Of a stretch of DNA of 27,097 nucleotides, positions 13,331 to 22,516 are shown piece after piece (within the stretch, counting starts at the first letter, position 1; each line of letters opens with the position of its first letter). Made by a program: the position numbers and the translations under genes. The stretch lies in IMG/VR virus record IMGVR_UViG_3300021963_000024; one strand, written 5' to 3'. Below the pieces are notes generated by a model, which worked only from the letters and a program-made list of their open reading frames with translations, searched no databases and had not been told where the DNA came from. The stretch is from a virus. Lineage: Duplodnaviria; Heunggongvirae; Uroviricota; Caudoviricetes.

Positions 13331-13933
13331 TTATTTATGGTCAGATGGTGGGCAAATCATTTCTAATTCTTCCCACTTATATTTAGGTCTTTCATTTAAA
13401 AATACATAACACTTCCATTTCTTTTGGTTTTCAAAATAAATATGCTTTTGTAAAACAATTGGTATTGCAGCATTTGTTGGTATTCTTTTAACAGGCTTAT
13501 CAAATAAAACTTTAATTACTACTGTTAAATTTTCAGTATCATCCCACTTTCTTTCTTGTTCCTCTAACAATCTCCACTCACCTCTATTAAGATATTGGTC
13601 TTGTAGAATACAATTCAAATACGAAAATGTTTGTTTAAGATTTTCGATATTATCAGAGAATGTTGCAGCGGGTGCACCATGTCCTTTATCATATATGTTT
13701 GCTTTGTAATCATCAGCATCGGATGTTTTGATATTTGGTTCTTTGTAAAAATCCATAGCACCTCTATTAACCTTTGTAGGTCTATTTGTTGAATGATATT
13801 TAATCATCAATGGTTGTTCCAATGATTGTGAATAAAGAACTTCGAATACATTGTTTTTAACTCTAACGGTATCTTGTGCGAATGTTATAACACCAATAAC
13901 TAAAAGTGTAAATAACGTAAATAATTTTTTCAT
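13331..13933 (-). CDS. Exported DNA/RNA non-specific endonuclease (beta-beta-alpha-Me, NucA/EndA-like)
   Basis: Signal peptide MKKLFTLF...TFA-Q; YDKGHGAPAA; LNRGEWRLLEE. Confidence 0.88.
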   Translation of the reverse strand: MKKLFTLFTLLVIGVITFAQDTVRVKNNVFEVLYSQSLEQPLMIKYHSTNRPTKVNRGAMDFYKEPNIKTSDADDYKANIYDKGHGAPAATFSDNIENLKQTFSYLNCILQDQYLNRGEWRLLEEQERKWDDTENLTVVIKVLFDKPVKRIPTNAAIPIVLQKHIYFENQKKWKCYVFLNERPKYKWEELEMICPPSDHK

Positions 13934-13957
13934 CTATAATTTTAAAATAAATATAAG

Positions 13958-15373
13958 TTATAATATTAATCTGCTTCCAATTAATACATTATGTAATATA
14001 GGAGATCCAGGCATAGTGTTTCCTGCTATCTTATAGTTTATGCTGAATCCAAATCTTTTACTGATTTTATAGTCAAATGAACTTCCTACTAAAAATCCCA
14101 TATGTCTATTTACCAATGTGTTTCCTGTTGTAGAATTATAACTAATTGGTGATAGTAAAATAAATGTTTGTGGTGATATTGTCAATTTTTTACTATATGC
14201 GTATGGTTTAGTCCAAAATGCTACACCCGATGAAATCATATTATATTCCCATCTATCTTTTTCTGGATTTTTAATAAATAAATTCACAACACCCAAATTA
14301 TAACCATATGTTCCGTGTTTTGGATGTGGTTTAATATAAGTGTAACTCATTAAATTCATATAGTTACCATCCAAATATGCGACAGTAGTTCCATATGAAT
14401 GGATTGCTTTTAATTGTCCTTCATCAAATTCCATTTTAGTATAACCACCACCTAATGCAAATTGTTTTAAATTACTCCATATCATTGCATTTGCAGAGAA
14501 TGATTCATCACCGGCCATACTTGCTCTACTCCAACCCAATCCCAAAATTGCATTCATTTTTTTATCAGGATTTTGTGCCGCTGTTAAATCTGATGCCAAT
14601 ATCATTGGGTTTAATCCACCTGATTTTTTCTTTTCTTCTTTTTTGGATTCTTTCTTCTCTTCCTTTTTTTCCTCTTTCTTTTCTTCTTTGGATTCGGATT
14701 TAGATTCTTCTTTCTTTTCTTCACTCTTACTTTCGGATTTTGATTCTTCCGATTTGCTTTCCGATTTACTCTCACTCTTTGACTCGGATGATGAAGAACT
14801 ACCCTCACTCTTTGTTTCAGTTTTACTTTCCGAAGATGATGAAGAAGATGAACTGCTTGAGCTAGATGAAGATGAGCTACTAGATGAACTACTACTTGCC
14901 GGCGGTGTTGATGAAGAAGCCGATGCCCCACTACTTGCTGCAGAACTACCTGCCGAACTTGCAGATGATGATGCCGCAGATGATGCTGAACTACTTGCTG
15001 CCGAACTTGCCGATGAAGATGCCGCTGAACTTGCAGCTGCACTTGCTGCAGAAGATGCGGCTTGTGAAGCAGCTTGTGTAACTGTATTTTGAACAGTCTG
15101 TGTTACTACCTGATTCGTTGGGCATGCCATCGAATTATATTGTGCATAAACTGAGTTTAACCACCCCTGAACTACACCGGTTGCAACTTCCGATGGTGTG
15201 AATATCTTTACTTGATTATAAAAAGAAACTATTGCATTACCATTTACATAGGATGTTGTAACTATCTTAATTTCTCCGGTACACTTATCAACATAAGTTT
15301 GGGTATAGGTTTGTCCATTGGCTTTTAAAGCAAATAATAAAACAACAATAAGACCTATTAACCACTTTTTCAT
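13958..15373 (-). CDS. Exported protein with Ser/Ala and Glu/Lys linkers and a probable C-terminal outer-membrane beta-barrel
   Basis: Signal peptide ending ANG-Q; last ~210 aa of alternating beta-strand-like segments. Confidence 0.65.
   Translation of the reverse strand: MKKWLIGLIVVLLFALKANGQTYTQTYVDKCTGEIKIVTTSYVNGNAIVSFYNQVKIFTPSEVATGVVQGWLNSVYAQYNSMACPTNQVVTQTVQNTVTQAASQAASSAASAAASSAASSSASSAASSSASSAASSSASSAGSSAASSGASASSSTPPASSSSSSSSSSSSSSSSSSSSSSESKTETKSEGSSSSSESKSESKSESKSEESKSESKSEEKKEESKSESKEEKKEEKKEEKKESKKEEKKKSGGLNPMILASDLTAAQNPDKKMNAILGLGWSRASMAGDESFSANAMIWSNLKQFALGGGYTKMEFDEGQLKAIHSYGTTVAYLDGNYMNLMSYTYIKPHPKHGTYGYNLGVVNLFIKNPEKDRWEYNMISSGVAFWTKPYAYSKKLTISPQTFILLSPISYNSTTGNTLVNRHMGFLVGSSFDYKISKRFGFSINYKIAGNTMPGSPILHNVLIGSRLIL
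14630..15075 (-). repeat. Low-complexity coding repeats (SSAASSA, poly-S, SKSE, EEKK)
   Basis: Within 13958-15373; explains the overlapping antisense and alternate-frame ORFs. Confidence 0.9.
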
Positions 15374-15666
15374 TATCTTTTACGTGGTTCAAATTTTCTT
15401 ATAGGTGCTGATTGTTTATATCTAACCGGTGGTTGAGGAACTCTAATTGGTTGTTGTATAATAATAGGTGTTCTATAATGTGGTGTTATCCAATAATTAT
15501 AAAACAATGGAGATTGCATATAATAATCATCATATACAATTCTCTTTCTAACCTCTACCAATTTTGTAGAATCTTTAGGGTCAATCATTACATATTTAAC
15601 CGGAGTGCAACTTGCTATTCCTAATAACAATATTGCTGCTAATAGTAAGTTTTTCATATTTGACAC
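15373..15666 (-). CDS. Lipoprotein with Pro/Arg-rich tail
   Basis: Lipobox LGIAS-C. Confidence 0.75.
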   Translation of the reverse strand: MSNMKNLLLAAILLLGIASCTPVKYVMIDPKDSTKLVEVRKRIVYDDYYMQSPLFYNYWITPHYRTPIIIQQPIRVPQPPVRYKQSAPIRKFEPRKR

Positions 15667-15857
15667 ATTTTTAAAAATTCATCTTTATCAAATATAACAT
15701 CTTCATTTCTGAATTTTGCCATCATTGAAACTGCTATATCTTTTCTATTGTCTAAATCTTTTACCATTTTAATTATTTCCGTAACTCCTACCACCATATC
15801 CCTATCGTTAGAATGGTCTGCACTTGTTTCTTTAATTAAATTACTTAATCTTATCAT
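15654..15857 (-). CDS. Hypothetical protein, MIRLSNLIKE N-terminus
   Basis: 67 aa, coupled to neighbours. Confidence 0.7.
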   Translation of the reverse strand: MIRLSNLIKETSADHSNDRDMVVGVTEIIKMVKDLDNRKDIAVSMMAKFRNEDVIFDKDEFLKMCQI

Positions 15858-16576
15858 TATTTAGTAAAGATTTGTTTTTTAATCATTCTATCTAAAATTC
15901 TAGCACAAGCAATATCCAATGCTTTCTTTGTTGCGATAGAAATAGTAGATTGGTTAAACTTAACAGGATCAATGGTTGCATCTGATAATAAAGTTAATTC
16001 TCTTGTAGTTTTGGCCTCACCCAAACCACTTGCTCCGAATACTACACCTGTTTCTGCATCGGTAAATCTAACCTGTAAACCGATACGAGTCACCATTAGG
16101 TTTTTAACACCATCTTTTAAATTCACTGTCTCATCTTCTGATACCGAATAATCATAACATTCGATTGTTACGAAGTATTTTGCTAAATTGATTTTACCTC
16201 TACCTTCAATTTTGTTTTCAGAAATACCAGCGTTTGATGCTTTGAATTGTTGCACCATTCTGTTTTTAATTTCAGTTTTATCTTCGGTAAATTTGAAACG
16301 ATTAAGGTTTTCCAAATATTCCATTGAAATATTTGCTACACCCAATCCTACTCTTTTCTCTTTTAGTTCAGGATACATTTCATACATCTCATCGGAAATA
16401 CCACACTTTAAGATTTGGATTGGAATTTGTGGTCCATCATAATCTAAAAAGTTAGAAATATCAATTGCGGTTTCAAATGATGCTTTATATTGTTCAGTTT
16501 TTGTGCTTCCCACAGTTTGGGCAACTACAACATTGCTTAACAAAAAGCCAACGAATAATACGAATAATTTTTTCAT
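15857..16576 (-). CDS. Exported CsgG/TolB-N-like protein
   Basis: Signal peptide ending VVA-Q; GLGVANISMEYLENLNRF, IGLQVRFTDAETG pattern. Confidence 0.6.
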   Translation of the reverse strand: MKKLFVLFVGFLLSNVVVAQTVGSTKTEQYKASFETAIDISNFLDYDGPQIPIQILKCGISDEMYEMYPELKEKRVGLGVANISMEYLENLNRFKFTEDKTEIKNRMVQQFKASNAGISENKIEGRGKINLAKYFVTIECYDYSVSEDETVNLKDGVKNLMVTRIGLQVRFTDAETGVVFGASGLGEAKTTRELTLLSDATIDPVKFNQSTISIATKKALDIACARILDRMIKKQIFTK

Positions 16577-16581
16577 ACATA

Positions 16582-17313
16582 CTATTTTTTATATAAATAT
16601 AGAGTTTCCTCTTTATCTATACAAATAGCAGTCATATTTTCAACCCAATCTCCTGAATTAAGATAATGATGTCCATTTATCATTCTATCTTCTGGTTGAT
16701 GAATATGTCCACACATAACCCCATCACATCTTTTTTTAGATGCCATTGATAGAGCAGTTGTTTCAAAATCGTTTATGTAATTTGTGGCAGCTTTTACTCC
16801 ACTTTTAATTTTTTGTGATATTGATTGGTATGGTAAGTTTCTCCATTTTCTATAACGATTATACCATCTATTTAACCAAAGTGCAAAATCATATCCTACT
16901 GAACCTATTTTTGCTAACCATTTATATTTTGTTATAAAAACATCAATAACATCTCCGTGGAAAATATAATAACTTTTGTTAGAATTAGGTAAGTCGATAA
17001 TATAATCTTCTCTAATTTCAATTCCGCCAAAATGGTTTCCCATAAATTCTTGTATAAATTCGTCATGGTTTCCTCTTATCCAAATGATTTGTGTTTTATT
17101 TGAAAGTTTAAGTAATTTACCTATTACTTTTGTGTGTTGTTTTTTCCACTTACTTCCTCTATTGATTGCCCAACCATCAATTATATCACCATTTAACACC
17201 AATAGTTCGGTTGGATGTTCTTCTAAAAATTCAATAAACTCTTCTGCTTTACTATCTTTTGTTCCTAAATGTAAGTCGGATACTATAATTGCTTTGTATT
17301 TTATAGAGTGCAT
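16582..17313 (-). CDS. LpxH/YbbF-family metallophosphoesterase, PlcP-like phospholipase C
   Basis: SDLHLGT, GDIIDGW, RGNHDEF, HFGGIE, HGD, GYDFALWLNRWYN, CGHIH, NSGDWVE. Confidence 0.8.
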   Translation of the reverse strand: MHSIKYKAIIVSDLHLGTKDSKAEEFIEFLEEHPTELLVLNGDIIDGWAINRGSKWKKQHTKVIGKLLKLSNKTQIIWIRGNHDEFIQEFMGNHFGGIEIREDYIIDLPNSNKSYYIFHGDVIDVFITKYKWLAKIGSVGYDFALWLNRWYNRYRKWRNLPYQSISQKIKSGVKAATNYINDFETTALSMASKKRCDGVMCGHIHQPEDRMINGHHYLNSGDWVENMTAICIDKEETLYLYKK

Positions 17314-17380
17314 AGTTTAATAAGGATTATCATTAAAATGGTTGTTCCAATTAAAATTTCTTTAAAATAAATCTTTTTTT

Positions 17381-18076
17381 TCATATCCAATAATTGTGAT
17401 GTTGTTTAAAAAATTCCGAATTATTTCTATTAAAATAACATTTTATACTCAACCAAAACATATAAAAGAAACCTTTATTTTTAAATCTTCTAGCCGATGT
17501 CCAAATACCTTTTGTATTGTGTATTTTCATCACTTCTGTTTTTTGTGAAACCCAATAATCTTCTGCAAATAAATGGGTTTCATCATATCCTCCAGTTTTC
17601 CAATATGATTCGGTTTTCCACAATTGAAACCCACCAATAGCAAATGGAGTTCCTAACCAATTACTCATTCTTTGTTGAATATCAAATAATCGGAATATCC
17701 AATTGAATCCTTTTTCGGTTTGAAATGGGACAGTTACTAAATCTGTATTATATGCTAAACATTCACCCAATACAAATTTATCTTGTAACATTATATCTGC
17801 ATCTAAGAATAGAATATAAGGTGTTTCTACTAATTTACTACCTTCCAATCTTGCTTTTGCTGGAAATCCACCTTGTATAAATTGAATATCTAAAGAATAT
17901 TTAAAATCTCTCTGAACATAATATAAAAAATCTAAACTATCACCTTCATCGGAATTATCTGCAATAATAATTTTAAGTCCTGTGCTTCCCACTTGTTTTG
18001 CAATAAATGAAATACACTCATATATGTTATCTTTTTCATTTTTACAAGGAATTACAATTGTTAATAAATCTTTCAT
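17381..18076 (-). CDS. GT2 glycosyltransferase; likely start MKDLLTIVIPCKNE
   Basis: IVIPCKNE, ADN, FLDAD (DxD), FAEDY, WTSARRF. Confidence 0.9.
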   Translation of the reverse strand: MKDLLTIVIPCKNEKDNIYECISFIAKQVGSTGLKIIIADNSDEGDSLDFLYYVQRDFKYSLDIQFIQGGFPAKARLEGSKLVETPYILFLDADIMLQDKFVLGECLAYNTDLVTVPFQTEKGFNWIFRLFDIQQRMSNWLGTPFAIGGFQLWKTESYWKTGGYDETHLFAEDYWVSQKTEVMKIHNTKGIWTSARRFKNKGFFYMFWLSIKCYFNRNNSEFFKQHHNYWI

Positions 18077-18084
18077 ACCTATAA

Positions 18085-18116
18085 ATAAAAAACCCCCACT
18101 AAAAGTGAGGGTTTTC
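18085..18116 (-). terminator. Intrinsic terminator
   Basis: AAACCCTCACT-TTT-AGTGGGGGTTT plus T-tract. Confidence 0.75.
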
Positions 18117-18131
18117 AATATTACCAAATTA

Positions 18132-18404
18132 TTATCCTTCTTCTACACCGGCGTCCAGTTTGTTTTTATCATGCTCCGCTTTTCTGTTGATGTATTTATC
18201 AACCGATGCGATACCAAATGCACCCAATGTGATTACTAAAAATCCGTTAAAAATATATTCGTTAATTAATAATTCTTTACCCATCCAACCTGTTACCAAG
18301 TCTACGAATAATGCAATTACCATACATGCGAATGATAAGAAACCAACTACTGATTTTTCGTTGATATCATTGTTGTCTTTAAATAATTCTTTCCAAAATC
18401 CCAT
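18132..18404 (-). CDS. Two-TM small membrane protein, holin candidate
   Basis: Two hydrophobic helices and a charged C-terminus. Confidence 0.55.
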   Translation of the reverse strand: MGFWKELFKDNNDINEKSVVGFLSFACMVIALFVDLVTGWMGKELLINEYIFNGFLVITLGAFGIASVDKYINRKAEHDKNKLDAGVEEG

Positions 18405-18443
18405 AGTTTTTGTTTTTAATTGTTATTAATTAAATAACCCATT

Positions 18444-19109
18444 TTATCCTGCCATTTCAGCATCTTCATCTTTTATCTTTCCACATTTCTGACATTCTTC
18501 TTCACCATTATGGTCAGTATCACCCCAAATGTGTTCACATTGTCTATGTGCGAAATACATATCAATCTTACCATCACCATCAAAATCAATACCATCCATT
18601 ACACCATCACCATCTTCATCAACTTCAACACCTGTTCTTGGTTGTGATTTTGGAGTTTCTACCGGTTTTGGTTGACTTGCTTCGATTTTAGCCAATTCAA
18701 AATTTTGTTTGTTTTCTACTACTGCTAATTCTCTTGCTGCAGCTGCTCCTGCTACAAATGCATCTGGAATGATTGGAGTTACTGGTTTATTAGTTTCTTT
18801 CATATCGTTTGTATGCGACATCGAAACACCATCTTCTTCATCCATTTTCTGAACTAACATCTTATCCTTATCGGTATCACTAAACCAGTAATCTATGATT
18901 TTACCATAGCTACCAATAAACGCACCTAATAACAATAATAGAAGTTCCTTCCACTCTGCTGCCATTTTTGTTCCTATACCGATAGCGGCGAACATTCCGG
19001 CCATTATAAACATAAATCCACCCAATACCAACGCAGTAATATACCATCTACGTTTCATCATTGCGTTTAATAAATCCCTAAATCCGCTTGGCGGTTGTTG
19101 ATTACTCAT
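18444..19109 (-). CDS. Two-TM membrane protein with DxDGDG repeats and a C/H cluster
   Basis: DEDGDGVMDGIDFDGDGKID, CEHIWGDTDHNG, CQKC. Confidence 0.7.
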   Translation of the reverse strand: MSNQQPPSGFRDLLNAMMKRRWYITALVLGGFMFIMAGMFAAIGIGTKMAAEWKELLLLLLGAFIGSYGKIIDYWFSDTDKDKMLVQKMDEEDGVSMSHTNDMKETNKPVTPIIPDAFVAGAAAARELAVVENKQNFELAKIEASQPKPVETPKSQPRTGVEVDEDGDGVMDGIDFDGDGKIDMYFAHRQCEHIWGDTDHNGEEECQKCGKIKDEDAEMAG

Positions 19110-19193
19110 CTTTTTTCTTTATTTTAAATGACCAATTAATTAATAACGAAAGTCCTACTATAAAAAATAGAACTGTCCCTATTTGATACCATA

Positions 19194-19499
19194 TTACCAT
19201 TCTGCCGGTTTCTCTTTGAACTCATCACCTTCTTTCTTCTTAACTGGAGCTGCCGGTTTTTCTACTGTTTTTTCTTTAACGATTACAGTTTTTCCACCAC
19301 CTGCCGCTTGAGATTGTTGATTGGTGTTTTGGATGTTAATTACAGGAGCTGCTTGTTGAACTGGAGCTGCTTCTTTTTCATCTCCACCTGTTAATTTAGT
19401 TGTGAACCAACCACCAACACCTAAAGTTATAGTCGATACCAATCCCAAAATAATGTTTTTCAATGAAGTTCCACCTGATTCTTTTTGTTCTTCTGACAT
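19194..19499 (-). CDS. Single-TM hypothetical protein
   Basis: IILGLVSTITLGVGGWF followed by a low-complexity tail. Confidence 0.7.
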   Translation of the reverse strand: MSEEQKESGGTSLKNIILGLVSTITLGVGGWFTTKLTGGDEKEAAPVQQAAPVINIQNTNQQSQAAGGGKTVIVKEKTVEKPAAPVKKKEGDEFKEKPAEW

Positions 19500-19511
19500 A
19501 AATTTTTGTTT

Positions 19512-19877
19512 TTATAGTTTGTTAAAATCTGTGATTCCTAATAAATTTCCGTTTTTATCATATAATCCTATTCTATATGCCGATGCTGGTAAAGCGGTGG
19601 TATATACTTTTAAGATGTTATCTCCGGAATTTAAATACATTTCTTCTTTTGATACTACTCTGTTTGCAATATCAATGATTTTTACAGTAACAGTTTGTGA
19701 GGTTTCTACTTTCACATTCATTGCAACTTCTGAAGTCACAAATGGTGATTGCAATTTGATACCTGCAACTTTTTCAATTTTTAAAGAATTGTCAACTTGT
19801 GGTGGCAATGGTGCTATTGGTGTTTTTGTACAACCAACCATTACAATTGTAAATAATACAAATAAAAGTTTTTTCAT
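19512..19877 (-). CDS. Lipoprotein with T9SS-CTD-like Ig domain
   Basis: Lipobox MVG-C; TVTVKIIDIANRVV...GDNILKV...LPASAYRI. Confidence 0.6.
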   Translation of the reverse strand: MKKLLFVLFTIVMVGCTKTPIAPLPPQVDNSLKIEKVAGIKLQSPFVTSEVAMNVKVETSQTVTVKIIDIANRVVSKEEMYLNSGDNILKVYTTALPASAYRIGLYDKNGNLLGITDFNKL

Positions 19878-19879
19878 TG

Positions 19880-20224
19880 TTACTGGATTTTAATTAAAGT
19901 TCTGCCTATTTCTTGGTTATTCTCATTAACTATGTATAAATATAAACTTTTTTGTGATAATGATTTAGTATATATTTTTTTTGTGTTATTACCTACAATT
20001 CCGTTAATTTTTTCTTTAGTTACAACCTGTTGGGTGGTTGAATCAAATAATGTAATTATATGAACTCCACCACTTTTTAAAGTAAAATTAAAATCTTGTC
20101 CGTTTGTAAGAGTTACTTCATTTACTGAAAAAATATCAATAGGTGTTGGTTCTGGTTGTGGTATAACTTCTACCTTTTTACAAGCTACCAACGATAAAAA
20201 TAATATAAATAATATCTTCTTCAT
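19880..20224 (-). CDS. Lipoprotein, probable paralog of 19512-19877
   Basis: Lipobox LVA-C; IITLFDSTTQQVV...GNNTKKIYTKSL. Confidence 0.6.
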   Translation of the reverse strand: MKKILFILFLSLVACKKVEVIPQPEPTPIDIFSVNEVTLTNGQDFNFTLKSGGVHIITLFDSTTQQVVTKEKINGIVGNNTKKIYTKSLSQKSLYLYIVNENNQEIGRTLIKIQ

Positions 20225-22515
20225 TATTGCATTCTAATTTTTAATGTTGTTCCTGCTTTATTTACCGCATCCATAAATCCAATTGAAATTAATCCTAATA
20301 CATTATTCAATTTTGATTTTGTTGTGAATGATACTTTATATTCCGTAGTATTATCCAAAGTTCCACCATCCGTAATTAAAGAACCCAAATTTACATATGT
20401 TGATTTATCGGTTCCATAGTTAGTTGGTGAACCTTTTGTTTTATAGGATACATTTCCAAATTTCAATAAAGTATTATCGTAATTTATTTGAAATTGTGTT
20501 CCTACTAATTCTTGTTGTAATGGGTCTATTGTGATATATGCATAAACACTATCACCAACCATTTCGGTTATAATTGATGCGTTTATTTGATTTGATGTAG
20601 GAATACTCATTGTTCTAATACTCATACCTGTAATTGAATTAGGTGTGGTATTAACTACAGGTATTGCCGAATGTGAAAGATTTACATCACCTTTCCAACT
20701 TACACTAACATTATATGTGTTGTTAAGTGTTCCGGTATTTAAACTGAATGGATATAAACTCCTCGTTGAGTTAAATTGTGTATTCCAATTTGATTTTGTA
20801 ATCCCATCATATTCCGATTTACCATATAACTTCATCAAATATGTTAATGTTTGATATTCGTTTATTGATTGTATACCTGTTAAATGTTGTAATAATTTGT
20901 AAGTATCTGCTTCATTAAATACACCATTACCATCTACATCAGCATTCATAAATTGTATACCATATCCAAATTCATTACCTGTTTCGTTTCCAAATATCCC
21001 ACCATTAGCCAATTCCTTAAATGCTAAATACACATCTGATACGGTCACAATACTATTATACAAAGTATTTAAATCAGTTTGGTTGATGTATGATAAATCT
21101 ACTCCATGTTGTTTGTATATTTGAATGGGCGTAAATGTAAATTCTGCACTTAATCCCCAAAAAAATCCAGCTCGTCTTATATTAGATGTAAATGATGAAC
21201 CTGCAAAATTAAATTCTGTTGGTGTATAAATCCAATAAGCAGCCCATGTTCCATCATCCCATTGATACGTCACGGGTCCATTCCACAAATCAAATAATTG
21301 TAAAGTTGTAACACCACTTGCTGAAATGCCTTGTGGAAATTCTCTTTTATCTATTAAAATTTGGTATCTTTGATTTGATGGTTCATAATCATATACTACA
21401 CACCATTCTACTTGTCCTCCCGTTGTTGTTGCTCTAACACCATTACCATTTACTTTTATCGTATCTAAATCATTTGTTAAATCTGCTTTACCCAACCCAC
21501 TTAATACTCTCGATGTGTTTGTTGTTACACCCCACACATTATTTACAAAAGTGTTTGCTTTTGCTGAAAATTTAGTTTCATCTACATTATTACCAAAATC
21601 AATATTGAATCTTGCGGTTAGAACTTCTCCGTTTGTATGTGTTACTGAATTGGTGTAAAACTCTGTAAATGTTGCATTATCAGGGTTAGTCCAAGTTCCA
21701 AATTCAATTACATAAGGATTTGAAAAATGGTTTGGTAAATCATTCCATTGAGAACCACCACCCCATTTAGTTACTGCATAATCTTCATTACCACTATTGT
21801 TTGGTTCACCGGGTGCCCAGTTGTTGTATTGACCTGGTATGTTTCCATTTAATTGTCCATTATTGATTTTAATTAAAGTTCCTGCTTCAGGTCCCGCATC
21901 AATTGTCCATCTTGCTTCACTTACTTCATCTGTTAATGCAAACCAAATATTACCTTGTGGTACATTATTAAAAATGAAAGCATCTTCATCGGCTGAAGTT
22001 ATTGTTACTAAATATCCTTGTTGTCCTTTGAATGTTTGTTGTGATGCTAATGTTCTAGCATTTATATAAGTTGCAGTTGTTGATATTGGTCTATAAAAAT
22101 GTCCGTTTACACCATTGTAATAGTATCCGGTTGGATTTACAGTTGCTGCTACGGATAATGCAACATTACCTCTTACCGAACCAGTATTTACTTTAAGAGA
22201 TGCTAATGCCGTATTGATATTAGCCATTGTACCCGTTACCACTAAACGAGTCTTATTACCTGCTAAAGTGAATCCACTTGCTGCGGTTAAACCTGCTGTT
22301 GTATTGAGATAAAAGGTTGTACCCGATGGTGGGTTTACTAAACTGATTGATGCTAAAAGGGTTGCTGTTGAACTAAAACCACTCAAACTAAATCCACTAG
22401 CATCCTGTCCTGCTGTAGATGGTAAAAATGATTTAGAGTCCGGAGCAGATACACTCTGTCCGAACCCTAAAAATGATGTTAATAAAAGTAATAAAGTAAC
22501 TAATAATCTTTTCAT
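20224..22515 (-). CDS. Exported multidomain protein: C-type lectin-like, dockerin-like, C-terminal cohesin-like
   Basis: Signal peptide; GYLVTITS...WFALTD...NWAPGEPNNSGNEDY...WNDL; ADVDGNGVFNEADTY; GTQFQINYDNTLL. Confidence 0.7.
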   Translation of the reverse strand: MKRLLVTLLLLLTSFLGFGQSVSAPDSKSFLPSTAGQDASGFSLSGFSSTATLLASISLVNPPSGTTFYLNTTAGLTAASGFTLAGNKTRLVVTGTMANINTALASLKVNTGSVRGNVALSVAATVNPTGYYYNGVNGHFYRPISTTATYINARTLASQQTFKGQQGYLVTITSADEDAFIFNNVPQGNIWFALTDEVSEARWTIDAGPEAGTLIKINNGQLNGNIPGQYNNWAPGEPNNSGNEDYAVTKWGGGSQWNDLPNHFSNPYVIEFGTWTNPDNATFTEFYTNSVTHTNGEVLTARFNIDFGNNVDETKFSAKANTFVNNVWGVTTNTSRVLSGLGKADLTNDLDTIKVNGNGVRATTTGGQVEWCVVYDYEPSNQRYQILIDKREFPQGISASGVTTLQLFDLWNGPVTYQWDDGTWAAYWIYTPTEFNFAGSSFTSNIRRAGFFWGLSAEFTFTPIQIYKQHGVDLSYINQTDLNTLYNSIVTVSDVYLAFKELANGGIFGNETGNEFGYGIQFMNADVDGNGVFNEADTYKLLQHLTGIQSINEYQTLTYLMKLYGKSEYDGITKSNWNTQFNSTRSLYPFSLNTGTLNNTYNVSVSWKGDVNLSHSAIPVVNTTPNSITGMSIRTMSIPTSNQINASIITEMVGDSVYAYITIDPLQQELVGTQFQINYDNTLLKFGNVSYKTKGSPTNYGTDKSTYVNLGSLITDGGTLDNTTEYKVSFTTKSKLNNVLGLISIGFMDAVNKAGTTLKIRMQ

Positions 22516-22516
22516 A

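Noticed and set aside
14455-15092. Overlapping ORFs in other frames and strands
   Set aside because: By-products of the Ser/Glu/Lys repeat in 13958-15373
16582-17313. Literal LpxH lipid A biosynthesis AMG
   Set aside because: The motif set and adjacent glycosyltransferase fit the PlcP-like branch better; still needs a phylogeny
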